Numbered from the stretch's first letter, positions 44,984 to 56,479 are shown. The stretch is DNA of 64,000 nucleotides from Candidatus Microgenomates bacterium (GCA_016188915.1 JACPGU010000002.1:241211-305210); one strand, 5' to 3'. Notes: a model not told the origin generated them from the letters alone. A program made the numbers and translations.

Positions 44984-45153
44984 GATTTTCCCTTAAGCTA
45001 TGCTATCATACTATAAAATTTGACTGATTTCAACTGAGTAGATATACAGATATTTTTACTATATTTAGCCAAAATGTTAAATAAAGAATTTGACCAGAAG
45101 AGCTTTTTGTGCTAAATTTAAAAAATCATAACAACATTTAATATATTATTTCT

Positions 45154-46968
45154 ATGAAGTTCATTTTTGATTTTTTGAAAAATAATTGGATTATCCTTTT
45201 ACTGGTTGTGATTGTCGCGACTAGTTTTGGGTATTCTGATTACAGCAAACGCACTATCCCCAAAGAAGAAATAGGCATTTCCGAAATAGCCGAGCAGGTA
45301 GAAAAAGGAATGGTGGAAAAAATAGAAATCACCGGCAATCAATTAAAAATCTTTTTTAAAGAAAAAGATGAGAAGGGCCAGAGCAAAACAGAGACTACCT
45401 ACAAAGAAGACGGCGTTTCTCTGACTCAATATGGTATCACTCCTGAAAAAGTAAAAATTGATATTAAAAATGCCGAAGCCGGCTCTATTTGGTGGGGAAT
45501 TTTTTCCACCTTTGTTCCCTTTCTTTTGCTGGCCGGATTTTTATGGTTTATTTTTCGTCAAGCGCAGGGTGCCAACTCGCAAGCTATGTCTTTTGGTAAA
45601 TCAAAAGCCAGGCTCAATATTCAAAATGTAAAAACTACCTTTGCTGATGTGGCGGGCAGTGAAGAGTCTAAAAAAGATTTGATTGAAGTGGTAGATTTTT
45701 TGAAAAATCCAAAAAAATATCGCGATTTGGGAGCGCAGATTCCGAGAGGAGTTTTACTCATTGGACCTCCAGGAACAGGAAAAACATTGCTAGCCAAAGC
45801 TGTGGCCGGCGAGGCAGGAGCGCCATTTTTTTCCATTTCCGGCTCGGAATTTGTGGAGATGTTTGTCGGCGTGGGAGCGTCTCGTGTCCGCGATCTTTTT
45901 GCCAAAGCTCGTCGCAACGCACCGTGCATTATTTTTATTGACGAAATAGACGCTGTCGGTCGTCAAAGAGGAGCGGGTCTAGGTGGATCTCATGATGAAA
46001 GAGAGCAGACATTGAACCAAATTTTGGTAGAATTGGATGGTTTTGACACCGAAGAAAATGTCATCGTCATGGCGGCTACCAATAGGCCTGATGTGTTGGA
46101 TCCGGCGCTACTTCGTCCCGGCCGTTTTGATCGCCAAGTTTTGGTTGATCTGCCGGACATTAAAGAGCGCGAAGCTATTCTCGCGGTACACGCCAAAGGA
46201 AAGCCTTTGGCCAAAGATGTTGATCTAAAAAAATTAGCACAAAAAACTTCTGGTTTCTCTGGTGCTGATTTGAAAAATCTTTTGAACGAAGGCGCTATTT
46301 TGGCTGCCAGAGAGAACAAAAAAAATATCGGGCAGGCCGATGTAGCTGAAGCGATAGAAAAAGTAATGATGGGACCGGAAAGAAAAAGCAAGGTAATATC
46401 AGAAAAAGAAAAACAAATTACCGCCTACCATGAGGCGGGACACGCTCTTGTTGCCCATTTCTCTCCTCATGCCGATCCGGTGCATAAAATTTCCATTATC
46501 TCTCGTGGTCGCGCTCTGGGCTATACTTGGAATCCGCCAGAGCAAGATAGGGTTCTGCAATCCAGATCGGAATTTGAGGACGATTTGGCGGTAATGCTGG
46601 GCGGGAGAGAGGCAGAGCTTTTGACTTTTAAAGAGGTTACTACTGGCGCGCATAATGATCTGGCAAGGGTTTCCAAACTAGCACGCGCCATGGTGACCGA
46701 ATACGGTATGAGCGACAAATTAGGGCCTATCTCGCTAAACGGCAAAGATAGTGTAGTTTTTTTGGGTAAGGATTTGGCCGAAGCAAAAAATTATAGTGAA
46801 AAAACCGCGCAAATAATAGACGAAGAAATTTCTCGCATTATTGAAATGGCCGGTAAAGCTGCACGCGATATTTTGATCAAAAATAAGGCCATTTTGAAAA
46901 AGTTAACTGATGAATTGTTAGTCAAAGAAACTTTAGAGCGCGAGGAATTTGAAGCGCTGATGGGATAA
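45154..46968 (+). CDS. ftsH: ATP-dependent zinc metalloprotease FtsH
   Basis: The protein has an N-terminal TM pair, the AAA+ Walker A motif (GPPGTGKT), the SRH region and the zinc-binding HEAGHALVA motif. Confidence 0.95.
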   Translation: MKFIFDFLKNNWIILLLVVIVATSFGYSDYSKRTIPKEEIGISEIAEQVEKGMVEKIEITGNQLKIFFKEKDEKGQSKTETTYKEDGVSLTQYGITPEKVKIDIKNAEAGSIWWGIFSTFVPFLLLAGFLWFIFRQAQGANSQAMSFGKSKARLNIQNVKTTFADVAGSEESKKDLIEVVDFLKNPKKYRDLGAQIPRGVLLIGPPGTGKTLLAKAVAGEAGAPFFSISGSEFVEMFVGVGASRVRDLFAKARRNAPCIIFIDEIDAVGRQRGAGLGGSHDEREQTLNQILVELDGFDTEENVIVMAATNRPDVLDPALLRPGRFDRQVLVDLPDIKEREAILAVHAKGKPLAKDVDLKKLAQKTSGFSGADLKNLLNEGAILAARENKKNIGQADVAEAIEKVMMGPERKSKVISEKEKQITAYHEAGHALVAHFSPHADPVHKISIISRGRALGYTWNPPEQDRVLQSRSEFEDDLAVMLGGREAELLTFKEVTTGAHNDLARVSKLARAMVTEYGMSDKLGPISLNGKDSVVFLGKDLAEAKNYSEKTAQIIDEEISRIIEMAGKAARDILIKNKAILKKLTDELLVKETLEREEFEALMG

Positions 46969-47049
46969 GTATTGTTAAGACGCACAAAGTTGTAACTGAA
47001 AAATAGGGCGCGATGATAAATGTCGTGCTCTATTTTCTTATCCAAAAAT

Positions 47050-47079
47050 TTCTACTCTATTTCTGCTCTATGGTATAAT
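47050..47079 (+). promoter_or_regulatory. promoter with an extended -10 element TGGTATAAT (same element as at 3694-3702)
   Basis: The sequence ctaTGGTATAATc at 47071-47079 lies ~45 nt upstream of the ABC transporter ATG. Confidence 0.35.
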
Positions 47080-47121
47080 CTATTTGTGTGGTTAGTTTTT
47101 AGTTCGTTCAATTCGTGTATC

Positions 47122-48921
47122 ATGCACACCAAAACTAGGAGACAAAAAACAAAACAAGGGTTCAAAGTCTTTTTCAAAATAATCGCCGAATACAAAGGGG
47201 CGGTGATTTTTTTTGCTATTTTTGGCGTTCTATCTTCTATTATAAACGGTGCTATGCCGTATATTTCAGGTAAGCTTTTTGACAGTATCTTGGATTTTGA
47301 CTCTACTGTGGCTATTTTTGGTTCTCACTACCACATTTGGGCGGTGATGTTGGCCTTTTGGCTTTTGGCTCAGGTGATTCTTCGAATTATTGATTCCATC
47401 TCTTCTAGGAAAAGAGAGATTTTCGCCAGAGACCTAGAGGCCAATTATATGCTCAAAGCAATCAAAAAACTCTCACATTTGCCCCTCTCGTTTTTTAAAC
47501 AAAATAAATTAGGAGAGACACTGCGACGCGTCAATTCCGCCTCTGATCGACTGGAATCGGCCATGAATATGATTTTTGATATAGCGCCGGATATTTTGAG
47601 TATCATTTTTGGCTTCATTTTTGTCTTTGCTATCAATTATACTTTTGGCCTTATTATGCTTTTGGTGGTGATTCTTTATGCCCTAGTGGTTTTTTACACA
47701 TTAGCGCCAGCCAGCCAATTGCGACACGCTATTTTCAAAAAATATGATATTGCCTATGGCAATTTTTATGACGCGATGGGCAATATCAAAATAGTGAAGC
47801 AGTCAGGGCAGGAAGAATATGAAGAAAAAAGATTCCGACACATCGTTGATCAAGCCAGAGGAATGTACAGAAAAGTGGTTAATCTCCATGAGAGGGTCAA
47901 CCTTTTTCAAAAATTTTCCATTGTGGTCATGCAATTTTCTGTTTTTTTCATTTCTGTTTACGCCATTCACCGTGGACAAATTAGCATTGGCGATTTGTTT
48001 GCTGTCAATGGCTATACGGCAATGATTTTGGGACCCTTTACCCAAATGAGTCGCTGGTGGAACTGGTTGTCTGATTGTCTGGTTTCACTAGTACGAGTGG
48101 AAAAAATTTTTGGCCATAAAGATGAAGAATATTTCCCCTTTGATTCTGAAAAGATTAACAAAATTTCTGGCAATATTAGTTTTCGTAATGTTTCTTTCTC
48201 CTACATTGGAGGCAATGACGAAGAGAAGAAAAAAGACAAAACCGATGTTTTGAAGGGTGTTAGCTTCGAAATAAAAAAAGGCCAAACAGTGGCGCTGGTC
48301 GGTAAATCGGGCGTGGGCAAGACGACCATTGCCGATCTCGTTTCCGGATTTTATTTTCCGCAAAAAGGGAAAATTTTGGTTGACGGCCATGATACGCGAT
48401 CTCTCCCTCTACATCTTTTGCGCAAAAATATTGCCGTAGTTTCGCAAGATATTGTTATTTTTAACGAAAGTATCAAATACAATATCCGCTATGGGCAACT
48501 AGGTATTGACGAAAGAGGGGTCATTTCTGCCGCCAAAGAAGCTGGCGCGCACGAATTCATCAAAGGTTTCAAGAAAAAATATAATCAGTTGGTGGGTGAG
48601 CGCGGAGTAAAGCTTTCCGGGGGTCAAAGGCAGAGGATAGCGATTGCGCAGGCGATTTTGAAAAACGCGCAAGTTCTAATCCTTGACGAGCCGACTTCGG
48701 CGCTGGACGCGCAAACCGAAAATATCGTCACCAAATCTCTGGAAAAATTGATGAAAGGCAAAACCACTATTATTATCGCGCATCGGTTGGCCACGGTCAG
48801 AAAAGCGGACAAAATAATCGTGCTGGAAAAAGGTAGAGTGGTAGAAGAGGGCAAGCATATTGATTTGATCAAAAAAAGAAACGGCGCCTATCGGAAATTT
48901 TACGAACTGCAAAAATTATAG
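47122..48921 (+). CDS. ABC transporter, fused permease/ATP-binding exporter (MsbA/type I exporter family)
   Basis: A 6-TM domain is followed by Walker A (GKSGVGKTT), the LSGGQRQRIAIA signature and Walker B (ILDEPTSALD). The start is taken at MHTKT; the ORF track extends it to 47020. Confidence 0.85.
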   Translation: MHTKTRRQKTKQGFKVFFKIIAEYKGAVIFFAIFGVLSSIINGAMPYISGKLFDSILDFDSTVAIFGSHYHIWAVMLAFWLLAQVILRIIDSISSRKREIFARDLEANYMLKAIKKLSHLPLSFFKQNKLGETLRRVNSASDRLESAMNMIFDIAPDILSIIFGFIFVFAINYTFGLIMLLVVILYALVVFYTLAPASQLRHAIFKKYDIAYGNFYDAMGNIKIVKQSGQEEYEEKRFRHIVDQARGMYRKVVNLHERVNLFQKFSIVVMQFSVFFISVYAIHRGQISIGDLFAVNGYTAMILGPFTQMSRWWNWLSDCLVSLVRVEKIFGHKDEEYFPFDSEKINKISGNISFRNVSFSYIGGNDEEKKKDKTDVLKGVSFEIKKGQTVALVGKSGVGKTTIADLVSGFYFPQKGKILVDGHDTRSLPLHLLRKNIAVVSQDIVIFNESIKYNIRYGQLGIDERGVISAAKEAGAHEFIKGFKKKYNQLVGERGVKLSGGQRQRIAIAQAILKNAQVLILDEPTSALDAQTENIVTKSLEKLMKGKTTIIIAHRLATVRKADKIIVLEKGRVVEEGKHIDLIKKRNGAYRKFYELQKL

Positions 48922-49071
48922 ACGCGAAGCGTTACGGGCAGGTAGCAATGCGGGCAGGGACGTCGGACATCTTTGCGAAGGAAGTTAGGTGCGTAAGCCC
49001 TATAATGAACCGCTTAATTTTTGTGTTATAATGATTCGTGTGATTAGTTTCTGAATTAGTGCTATTAGTGT

Positions 49072-50652
49072 ATGAAAAATGTTATAGATAAAATTTCACA
49101 AGTGGGTAGGAACGCGGCGGTAATTGCCGCTACTTCTTTGGTATCTCGTCTTTTGGGGATTTTCCGTGATCGTGTTCTGGCTTCTGAATTCGGCGCAGGA
49201 TCTGTTTTGGATAGTTATTACGCCGCTTTTCGTATCCCTGATTTTGTCTTCAATCTAATTATTTTGGGTGCTTTGTCAGCAGCTCTTATTCCTATATTTT
49301 CTTCTCTTCTTTTCAAAAACAAAGAAAAGGCTTGGCAGGTAGTAAACAATTTCGCCTCAATTTCTTTTGTTTTTATGGCGGCTGTTTTGCTTGTGCTATT
49401 TTTTGCTACTCCTTGGCTGGTCAAAATAATGGCACCAGGGTTTGAAAAAGAAGCTTTTGCTATGACAGTATCTATGACACGAGTGATGTTGCTCTCTCCT
49501 ATCTTTTTTGCTCTTTCCTCTATCGTCGGTGGTGTGCTGAATTCTTTCGGTCGATTTTTTGCTTATTCTATTGCCCCGATTATTTACAATATCGGCATTA
49601 TCTGCGGAGCGCTATATCTGGTGCCCACTTTCGGTCCGGCGGGTTTGGCCTGGGGAGTAATTGCCGGCGCGGCCGGTCATCTGTTGATTCAGCTACCGAC
49701 CTTTTTCTCTTCTGGCTTTCGTTTCCGCCCTAGTTTCAATCTCAAGGACCCTTATTTCAAAAAAATCTTGATTCTGATGCTACCGGTAACGTTGGGTTTG
49801 GCACTGATGCAGATAAATCTTTTTGTGGATAGTTTTTTCGGGTCTCTTTTGGAGGAAGGCAGTATCGCTATCATTAATTTTTCAACCAATATTGTCAGTT
49901 TGCCAGTTGGACTAGTGGGAATTTCAGTTGCCGTTTCCATATTTCCGCTTTTGGCCTATGCTTATACAGAAAAAAAAGAAGCTCTTTTTTCTTTCCATTT
50001 CACTGGCGCTTTCAATCTGATGGTTTATCTTTTGATTCCGGCGATGGTTTTTACCGTTTTGTTTCGCGCCTATATCGTTCGTTTGCTTTTGGGGGCCGGG
50101 CTTTTTGATGTTTCCGACACAGTTTGGACTAGTCGCGCCTTGGGATATTTGTCTTTGAGCATCGTGGCGCAAGGGATGATTCCTTTTTTGGTTCGCGCTT
50201 TTTATGCTATTGGAGACACGAAAACACCGGTCAAAATAACTTTTGTGGCGGTTTTTATTAATATTTTATGCAGTATTATTTTTACTATGATAATTCCTTT
50301 CCGCGTGGTGGGGCTAGCTCTAGCGGCCAGTATAGCGGCCTTTGTCAATTTCTTTTTCCTTTTGCTTGCCATAAGGAAGCGTTTTGGGCATATTGATTTC
50401 GTCGCTATTTTAGGGCCGACCGGGAAATATATGCTTTTTAGTTTAGCGGCTGGTTTTGTCGCCTATCGCACTCTTTATTGGGTGGAGCCGTATATTGATA
50501 CAGCGATGACTCTCGGGCTTTTTCTTCAAACGATGATAGCCGGACTAGCGGCTGTTGCCATTTACATTATTTTAAGCATTATTTTCAAAGTACCTGAAGC
50601 AGAAAGATTAGTCTCCGGCGCTAGGAGAGCATTGAGGGTGGTTAGAAGATAA
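49072..50652 (+). CDS. murJ: lipid II flippase MurJ (MviN)
   Basis: The N-terminus LVSRLLGIFRDRVLASEFGAGSVLDSYYAAFRIPDFVFNL is MurJ-type. The protein has 14 TM segments. Confidence 0.85.
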   Translation: MKNVIDKISQVGRNAAVIAATSLVSRLLGIFRDRVLASEFGAGSVLDSYYAAFRIPDFVFNLIILGALSAALIPIFSSLLFKNKEKAWQVVNNFASISFVFMAAVLLVLFFATPWLVKIMAPGFEKEAFAMTVSMTRVMLLSPIFFALSSIVGGVLNSFGRFFAYSIAPIIYNIGIICGALYLVPTFGPAGLAWGVIAGAAGHLLIQLPTFFSSGFRFRPSFNLKDPYFKKILILMLPVTLGLALMQINLFVDSFFGSLLEEGSIAIINFSTNIVSLPVGLVGISVAVSIFPLLAYAYTEKKEALFSFHFTGAFNLMVYLLIPAMVFTVLFRAYIVRLLLGAGLFDVSDTVWTSRALGYLSLSIVAQGMIPFLVRAFYAIGDTKTPVKITFVAVFINILCSIIFTMIIPFRVVGLALAASIAAFVNFFFLLLAIRKRFGHIDFVAILGPTGKYMLFSLAAGFVAYRTLYWVEPYIDTAMTLGLFLQTMIAGLAAVAIYIILSIIFKVPEAERLVSGARRALRVVRR

Positions 50653-50733
50653 AATTTAGTTTATTGATGTTACAAAAAAGAAACTTTGTGGCGACTCTCG
50701 ACCGTGATTTTTTGATAGTCGAATCGCCGAGCG

Positions 50734-52521
50734 TTATTTTTTCATCAAATCCAAGAAAACTGAAGGTGGCACGTGGACTTTGCCGAGAGCCTTCATCTTC
50801 TTTTTACCTTCTTTTTGCTTTTTGAGTAATTTGTCCTTGCGCGTTCTGTCGCCCCCATAAAGATAACCCGTCACGTCTTTTTTCATCGCGGAAATTGTCT
50901 CGCGCGCCAAGACTTTTGAGCCTATCGCTGCCTGAATGGCAATCTCAAACATTTGGCGAGGTATCAGCTCTTTTAATTTTTTGACAATGGCAGATCCCTC
51001 TTTTTGGGCTTCGTTTTTGTCTACGATGCGGCTTAATGTGTCCACTCTTTCATTAGCTAATAATATGTCTATCTTGACCAAGTTGCCAGATCTTATGCCT
51101 AAATGCTCGTAGTTTAGGGAAGCGTAGCCAGAAGAGACAGACTTCAAATCATCATAAAAATCTTTGACCATTACCGCCAGAGGTAATTCGTATTTGATCA
51201 AAGCCTTGGTCTCGTCCAAATAGCTGACATCTTTATAGATACCACGATAGCGGCCCAACATTTCCATCACATTGCCCACTTGCGTCTTGGGCAACAAAAT
51301 TTCAGTAGTTACCCATGGCTCTCGAATTTCGGCAATCGCGGAGGGATCAGGAAATTCAGCGGGGTTGGAGGTGAAAATTGTTTCTTTGTTAGTTTTGACT
51401 ATTTCATAGCCTACGGTCGGGCTAGTAACAACTAGTTCAAGAGAAGATTCTCTTTCCAAGCGTTCTTTGACAATGTCCAAATGAAGCATTCCCAAAAAAC
51501 CGCAACGAAAACCCAGCCCTAAGGCAGGAGATTTCTCTGGTACAAAAGAAAGAGAAGAATCATTCATTTTGAGCTTACTGATGCCGTCGCGCAGTTTGCC
51601 ATAATCATTGGAGTCTGCCGGATAGACACCGGCAAAAACGGTAGGCTTTACTTTTTGATAGCCCAACAAAGCTTTGGTGGACATCTTGTCTTTTTCTAGC
51701 GCTATGGTGTCACCAACTGAAGCCAAGGAAATGTCTTTTAACGAGGTGACGATATAGCCAATTTCACCGCAAGAAAGAGCTTCTGTTCTTTGCATTTTTG
51801 GAGTAAAGTGTCCAATCTCCAAGGCTTCAGTTTTTTTGTCGGCAGCCATCATAGTAATAATATCTTTGTTTTTAAGAGAGCCGTCAAATATTCTAATGTA
51901 GGTGATGACTCCGCGGTAGGAATCATAATTGGCATCAAAAATCAGCGCGCGCAATGGGCCGTCAATTTTGCCTTGAGGAGGAGGGGTTTTTTCTATAATA
52001 GCTTCCAGGATAGACTCTACATTTTCTCCAGTTTTAGCAGAGACATAGAGCATTTCTTCTTTTTTGAAGCCAAAGGTAGCAATCAATTCACCGGCTACTT
52101 TTTCTCTGTCTGCGGCCGGCAAATCTATTTTATTAATGACTGGGATTAATTTTAATCCTTGTTCTTGGGCAAGGCTTGCTACTGCCAAAGTTTGCGCTTG
52201 GATGCCTTGCGCCGCGTCTACAACTAATAGTGCGCCTTCAACGGCGGCCAGTGATCTAGAAACTTCATAGGAAAAATCCACGTGTCCGGGAGTATCAATC
52301 AAATTCAGGGTATAGCGTTCAGCGTTTAGCGTATAGGACATGCGAACCGGTTGCAATTTTATCGTAATACCGCGCTCTCTCTCCAAGTCCATACTGTCCA
52401 AAACTTGATTAGTCATTTCTCTTTTTGACACTGTTTTTGTCAATTCCAAAAGACGGTCAGCCAAGGTTGACTTCCCGTGATCAATGTGAGCAATAATGCA
52501 AAAATTACGAATGTTTTTCAT
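50734..52521 (-). CDS. lepA: elongation factor 4 (LepA)
   Basis: The N-terminus MKNIRNFCIIAHIDHGKSTLADRLLE and the LepA-specific C-terminal domain are present. Confidence 0.95.
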   Translation of the reverse strand: MKNIRNFCIIAHIDHGKSTLADRLLELTKTVSKREMTNQVLDSMDLERERGITIKLQPVRMSYTLNAERYTLNLIDTPGHVDFSYEVSRSLAAVEGALLVVDAAQGIQAQTLAVASLAQEQGLKLIPVINKIDLPAADREKVAGELIATFGFKKEEMLYVSAKTGENVESILEAIIEKTPPPQGKIDGPLRALIFDANYDSYRGVITYIRIFDGSLKNKDIITMMAADKKTEALEIGHFTPKMQRTEALSCGEIGYIVTSLKDISLASVGDTIALEKDKMSTKALLGYQKVKPTVFAGVYPADSNDYGKLRDGISKLKMNDSSLSFVPEKSPALGLGFRCGFLGMLHLDIVKERLERESSLELVVTSPTVGYEIVKTNKETIFTSNPAEFPDPSAIAEIREPWVTTEILLPKTQVGNVMEMLGRYRGIYKDVSYLDETKALIKYELPLAVMVKDFYDDLKSVSSGYASLNYEHLGIRSGNLVKIDILLANERVDTLSRIVDKNEAQKEGSAIVKKLKELIPRQMFEIAIQAAIGSKVLARETISAMKKDVTGYLYGGDRTRKDKLLKKQKEGKKKMKALGKVHVPPSVFLDLMKK

Positions 52522-53594
52522 ACGAGATCGACCCTTTTTCTATTTTTTGCCAATGCAGAAATAACTCCCATACTAATAGTCAAAAATATCAGCAGAGAAA
52601 TAATGGCTATCAGTTTGAGTTGTGTATTAAGAGTCAAAGCGATAGCGCCAAAAGCAGCTGTTATTAACCAAAAAATAATCACGATGAAGCGTCTAGACAA
52701 TCCCAAATCTAATAATTTATGATGCAGATGATCTCTATCGGCTGTCCAAGGTGCTTTGCCATTTATCGCGCGAGAAAATACTACCCATAGTCCGTCAAAT
52801 ATTGGTAGGCCCAGAACGAGTAAAGCAGTAGCTATTTTACTGCCGGTGATAATAGCCAAAACTGCCAAAACTAGCCCCAGGAATTGGCTGCCGACATCTC
52901 CCATAAAAATTTTGGCCGGGTTAAGATTCCAGGGCAAAAATCCTAAAATAGCGCCACAAGCAATAAGAGCGATAATGGCAGACAAAGGCTGTTCAACCGC
53001 GGGGCTGATGCTTAAAAGATAGATAATAAAAAAAGCAATGGCAGAAACACCGCCGGCCAGCCCGTCTAGCCCGTCCAAAAAATTGACAATATTAATCATC
53101 CCTATGATCCAAAGTAGCGCCAAAAGGTCAGCCCAAAGGGTGAGGTGATAGATAGCGCCGGCAATCTCTAGGGGAATCTGAATTTGTCCCAAATAAAAAA
53201 AACCGCCCAAAGGATTAGTGATATATTTGACTCCGATTCCAGATAAAATAATAATAACAGCGGCGATTATCTGAAAAATAATTTTTTCCCCAGGAGCAAG
53301 ACGTTTGCGGTCATCGATCGTACTGGCGACAAAAAGTAGAAGACTACTTAAAAAAAGGCCGATTAGATATTTTAGATAAAAACCGGAAGTATTATTGATC
53401 AAAACAAAGGCTAGGACAACCAACCAAAAAGCTACAAAAAAAGCAATCCCACCAGTATTAGGAACGGGGATATGGTGAATTTTTCTAGGTTCGGAAGCGT
53501 AATCAAAAAACTTTTTTTTCAAGGCTATTTTCCAAGACAAAATCGTTAACCCAAAAGAAAGAAAAAGTGTGGCTAGAAAAAAGTATAATGCCAT
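52518..53594 (-). CDS. polyprenyl-phosphate N-acetylhexosamine-1-phosphate transferase (MraY/WecA family)
   Basis: The protein has 10 TM segments and the motifs VPNTGG, IDDRKRL and FMGDVGSQFLG. Confidence 0.75.
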   Translation of the reverse strand: MALYFFLATLFLSFGLTILSWKIALKKKFFDYASEPRKIHHIPVPNTGGIAFFVAFWLVVLAFVLINNTSGFYLKYLIGLFLSSLLLFVASTIDDRKRLAPGEKIIFQIIAAVIIILSGIGVKYITNPLGGFFYLGQIQIPLEIAGAIYHLTLWADLLALLWIIGMINIVNFLDGLDGLAGGVSAIAFFIIYLLSISPAVEQPLSAIIALIACGAILGFLPWNLNPAKIFMGDVGSQFLGLVLAVLAIITGSKIATALLVLGLPIFDGLWVVFSRAINGKAPWTADRDHLHHKLLDLGLSRRFIVIIFWLITAAFGAIALTLNTQLKLIAIISLLIFLTISMGVISALAKNRKRVDLV

Positions 53595-53694
53595 AGTAAA
53601 ATGATGATTAAGAAAATAAGAAATTAAGAAAATAACATTCGTTATTTTTTAGCTAAAATTCTACCTTTAATTATTAACTGTTAATTATTATCGT

Positions 53695-54510
53695 ATGGAA
53701 AATAAAAACAAAATATTTTTGGTCGCTGGTATCCTGGGGGTATTACTTCTCTTGGTAATTATTATACCTTCATTTACTGGTAAAAATAAAGGAGGAACTG
53801 AACAGATAGTGACGAGCATTATTTTGGCCAAATCTGTGAGTGAGGCAGGTGTGGCTACTGGTCAGACGGATATTTTTTCTACGGAAGACCCAGGGATTTA
53901 CGCCTTGGTTTCTCTTAATGCTTTGCCAGCCAAATCCAATGTAGAATACCAATGGTATTATGCCAGTGGTCGTAGTGTGCAATATTCGGAGAAAAAGAAA
54001 CCGGAAAAAGATTACACCGGTAAAAGTCGCGCTGTTTTTCCCAAGACAGAGAAAAGCTTTATTAGTGGCGATTATGAATTTCGTATTTTAATTAGCAATC
54101 AATTAGTCGGTAAAAAATCTTTTGTAATCAAAACGCCAAATGAATTGAAAAAAGATTACCGTTTGACGGTCATTACTGATGCGCAACTGGTAGAAAAAGT
54201 TTCCTTAAGCGGTGTGCCTGGCAGTATCGGCAAGGATGTATTCGCGGCTGATACCGCCAATATTTATGCCGCTATTAGTTTTTCTGGTGCCAGTAGCAAT
54301 GTTTTTGAGGCTCAATGGGTATATCTGCCAGAGAATAAGATTTTCAAAACTTATAAAAAAACTATTACTGGCAATGGTACTTTTGCTGTACCGCTGGAAG
54401 CCAAAAAAGATTCTTGGTTGCCGGTTGCTTCTTGGGCCAAGGGCAAATATTCTTTGAAAATCACTTTGGACGACGATTTGGTGCGAGAATTATTTTTTGA
54501 GATCCAATAA
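53695..54510 (+). CDS. hypothetical secreted protein with an internal ~100-aa tandem domain duplication
   Basis: A signal/TM region is followed by two homologous modules (DIFSTEDPGIYALVSLNALPAKSNVEYQWYY / DVFAADTANIYAAISFSGASSNVFEAQWVYL). Confidence 0.5.
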   Translation: MENKNKIFLVAGILGVLLLLVIIIPSFTGKNKGGTEQIVTSIILAKSVSEAGVATGQTDIFSTEDPGIYALVSLNALPAKSNVEYQWYYASGRSVQYSEKKKPEKDYTGKSRAVFPKTEKSFISGDYEFRILISNQLVGKKSFVIKTPNELKKDYRLTVITDAQLVEKVSLSGVPGSIGKDVFAADTANIYAAISFSGASSNVFEAQWVYLPENKIFKTYKKTITGNGTFAVPLEAKKDSWLPVASWAKGKYSLKITLDDDLVRELFFEIQ

Positions 54511-54520
54511 TATCTAATGA

Positions 54521-54558
54521 TTTTAAAAATACCCCGCAAAAGCGGGGTATTTTTAAAA
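54521..54558. terminator. bidirectional terminator (ATACCCCGCaaaaGCGGGGTAT)
   Basis: The stem is flanked by ttttaaaa on both sides, between convergent genes. Confidence 0.75.
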
Positions 54559-55101
54559 TCATGCTCTATACAGCTCTTCCTCGGAAAACCAAATATTTAA
54601 TTCTCTTTGAGCCTCTAAAATATCTGAAGAAGCATGGACAATATTTGTGATTGGACGATTATTTTGATCGGCAAGACGATAAGTGTCCAGAGAATAATCT
54701 CCGCGAATAGTGCCAGGAGCGGCCGCGGCCGGTTCGGTAGCACCGACTAATTTTCTTACTGTAGAGATGGCATTATGCCCTTGAGCGGCAACGGCAACAA
54801 TCGGACCGGAAGATATAAAATCCATTAATTGCTGACGCACCATTTGCCCATGCTCTAATTCGGTTTTATCAAAAGGCAATCCTTTCTCTTCGTAATTTTT
54901 TTTAGTTTTCTCTCCCATGGATTTGAGCCATTCTTCATTATCGGCATAATGCTGTCCGGCTTTTTTACTGTCTGGCCAGACCATTTTTAATCCGATAATA
55001 TCCAGGCCTACTTTTTCCAGCCTGCTCAAAACATCGCCGATTATTTTTTTCTTTACGCCGTCAGGTTTTAGCAAAATAAGAGTGACCTCGGTGTTCTCCA
55101 T
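54559..55101 (-). CDS. ndk: nucleoside diphosphate kinase (long form with insertions)
   Basis: The motifs LILLKPDGV, GPIVAVA, GTIRGDY and N..HASD are present. Confidence 0.85.
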   Translation of the reverse strand: MENTEVTLILLKPDGVKKKIIGDVLSRLEKVGLDIIGLKMVWPDSKKAGQHYADNEEWLKSMGEKTKKNYEEKGLPFDKTELEHGQMVRQQLMDFISSGPIVAVAAQGHNAISTVRKLVGATEPAAAAPGTIRGDYSLDTYRLADQNNRPITNIVHASSDILEAQRELNIWFSEEELYRA

Positions 55102-55102
55102 G

Positions 55103-56479
55103 TTAGAATTTGATTAATTTTAGTAATTCCGCTTGGGTTTTTTCTTTGTTCAGCGGTCCAACGACAGCAAGATTGCAATTTTCTGAACGGAATATTTCTC
55201 GCGCTATTTTTTTTAAATCTTGATTGGTGACAGAGCGAATTTTTTTCAAATAATCATCCGGCATTTGGATTTTTCCTTCCAAGAGTTCGCTGGTTCCTAG
55301 ATTCCCAGCAATGAAATTAGAGCTTTCCATGGCCAATTTCAGACTACCCACATTATTTTCTTTGGCCATTTCTATTTCTTGTTTGGAAAAGCCATATTTT
55401 TTGGCGTGGCGTAAAATATCCATGATAGCCCGAAAGGCTTTGATGGTTTTTTCGGGAGCAAAGCCACCATTGATGCAAAAAAGACCAGTATCAAAATAAT
55501 TCCAGACGCTAGCATTGACCGAATAGGCTAGTCCTCTTTTTTCCCTGATTTCTGTAAAAAGCTTCGAGCTCATATAGCCACCCAGGATATCGGCCAAGAC
55601 CGCTCGCGTGTATTTACGACGGTCTTCTGTCAGGTAGCCGAACGAATGAAAACCGAGACGCATTTTGGCTTGTTCCCATTTTTTTTCGTGGACTAAAACG
55701 CGAGGAATAATTTGAGAAATACTGATTTTTTTCTGTTTTTCTTTAGTTTGTCCGTGCAATGAGCCAAACATTTTAACAGCCATTTTTTTTGTTTTTTCTT
55801 CTTTGATATTACCACAAATAGAAATGACGGTATTATTCGGATTGTAGAGACGGCGGTAGAAATCAAGGATTTTTTGTCTGTTAATGGCAGAAACAGTTTT
55901 TTCATTGCCGATAACAGGTCGACCCAGTGAAGTATCGCCGTAAACTAATTCTTGGAAAATATCGTTGGTAAAAGAGCCCGGTCTATCGCGGTGCATTTTC
56001 ATTTCTTCCAAAATAACGCCTTTTTCTTTTTTTATTTCTTTAGGCAAAAGCAAAGAGGAGGACAACATGTCGGACAAAATATCAAGCGCCAAGGTTAATT
56101 TATCTGCCGGTAAATAAATCCAGTAAATAGTTATCTCCTCCGAAGTAGAAGCATTCCAGTGACCGCCGACTCCATCGATTTCTCTAGAGATATCCAGAGC
56201 GGTCGGTCTTTTCTTCGTGCCCTTGAAGGCCATATGCTCCAAGAAATGGGCAATGCCGGAAATCTCCGGTGTCTCATATCTGGAGCCGGCGCCGAACATC
56301 ACTTGCACCGAAACAGCATCCGTTTCTTTCATCGGAGAAGTAATCAGGCGGAGGCCGTTGGGCAATTTGGTTTTAGTGAATTTTAATTTCATGGATTCAT
56401 GACTTAAGTAGCCTCTGATAAACAATTGATTTGCTAAAAATTGATCTTTTTTGTTAAAATTTTTGAAAAAATTTATCAC
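55103..56479 (-). CDS. M16 family zinc peptidase (insulinase-like, probably an inactive/active pair in one chain)
   Basis: The HFLEHMAFKGT (HxxEH) motif is present. The true start is probably MKLKFTKTKLPNGLRLI, ~87 nt inside the ORF. Confidence 0.8.
   Translation of the reverse strand: MINFFKNFNKKDQFLANQLFIRGYLSHESMKLKFTKTKLPNGLRLITSPMKETDAVSVQVMFGAGSRYETPEISGIAHFLEHMAFKGTKKRPTALDISREIDGVGGHWNASTSEEITIYWIYLPADKLTLALDILSDMLSSSLLLPKEIKKEKGVILEEMKMHRDRPGSFTNDIFQELVYGDTSLGRPVIGNEKTVSAINRQKILDFYRRLYNPNNTVISICGNIKEEKTKKMAVKMFGSLHGQTKEKQKKISISQIIPRVLVHEKKWEQAKMRLGFHSFGYLTEDRRKYTRAVLADILGGYMSSKLFTEIREKRGLAYSVNASVWNYFDTGLFCINGGFAPEKTIKAFRAIMDILRHAKKYGFSKQEIEMAKENNVGSLKLAMESSNFIAGNLGTSELLEGKIQMPDDYLKKIRSVTNQDLKKIAREIFRSENCNLAVVGPLNKEKTQAELLKLIKF

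Noticed and set aside
48925-48995. GC-rich 70-nt segment between the ABC transporter and murJ as a riboswitch
   Set aside because: It forms no clean conserved stem pattern matching any riboswitch class I know. It is more likely the transporter's terminator region followed by two TATAAT promoters for murJ.
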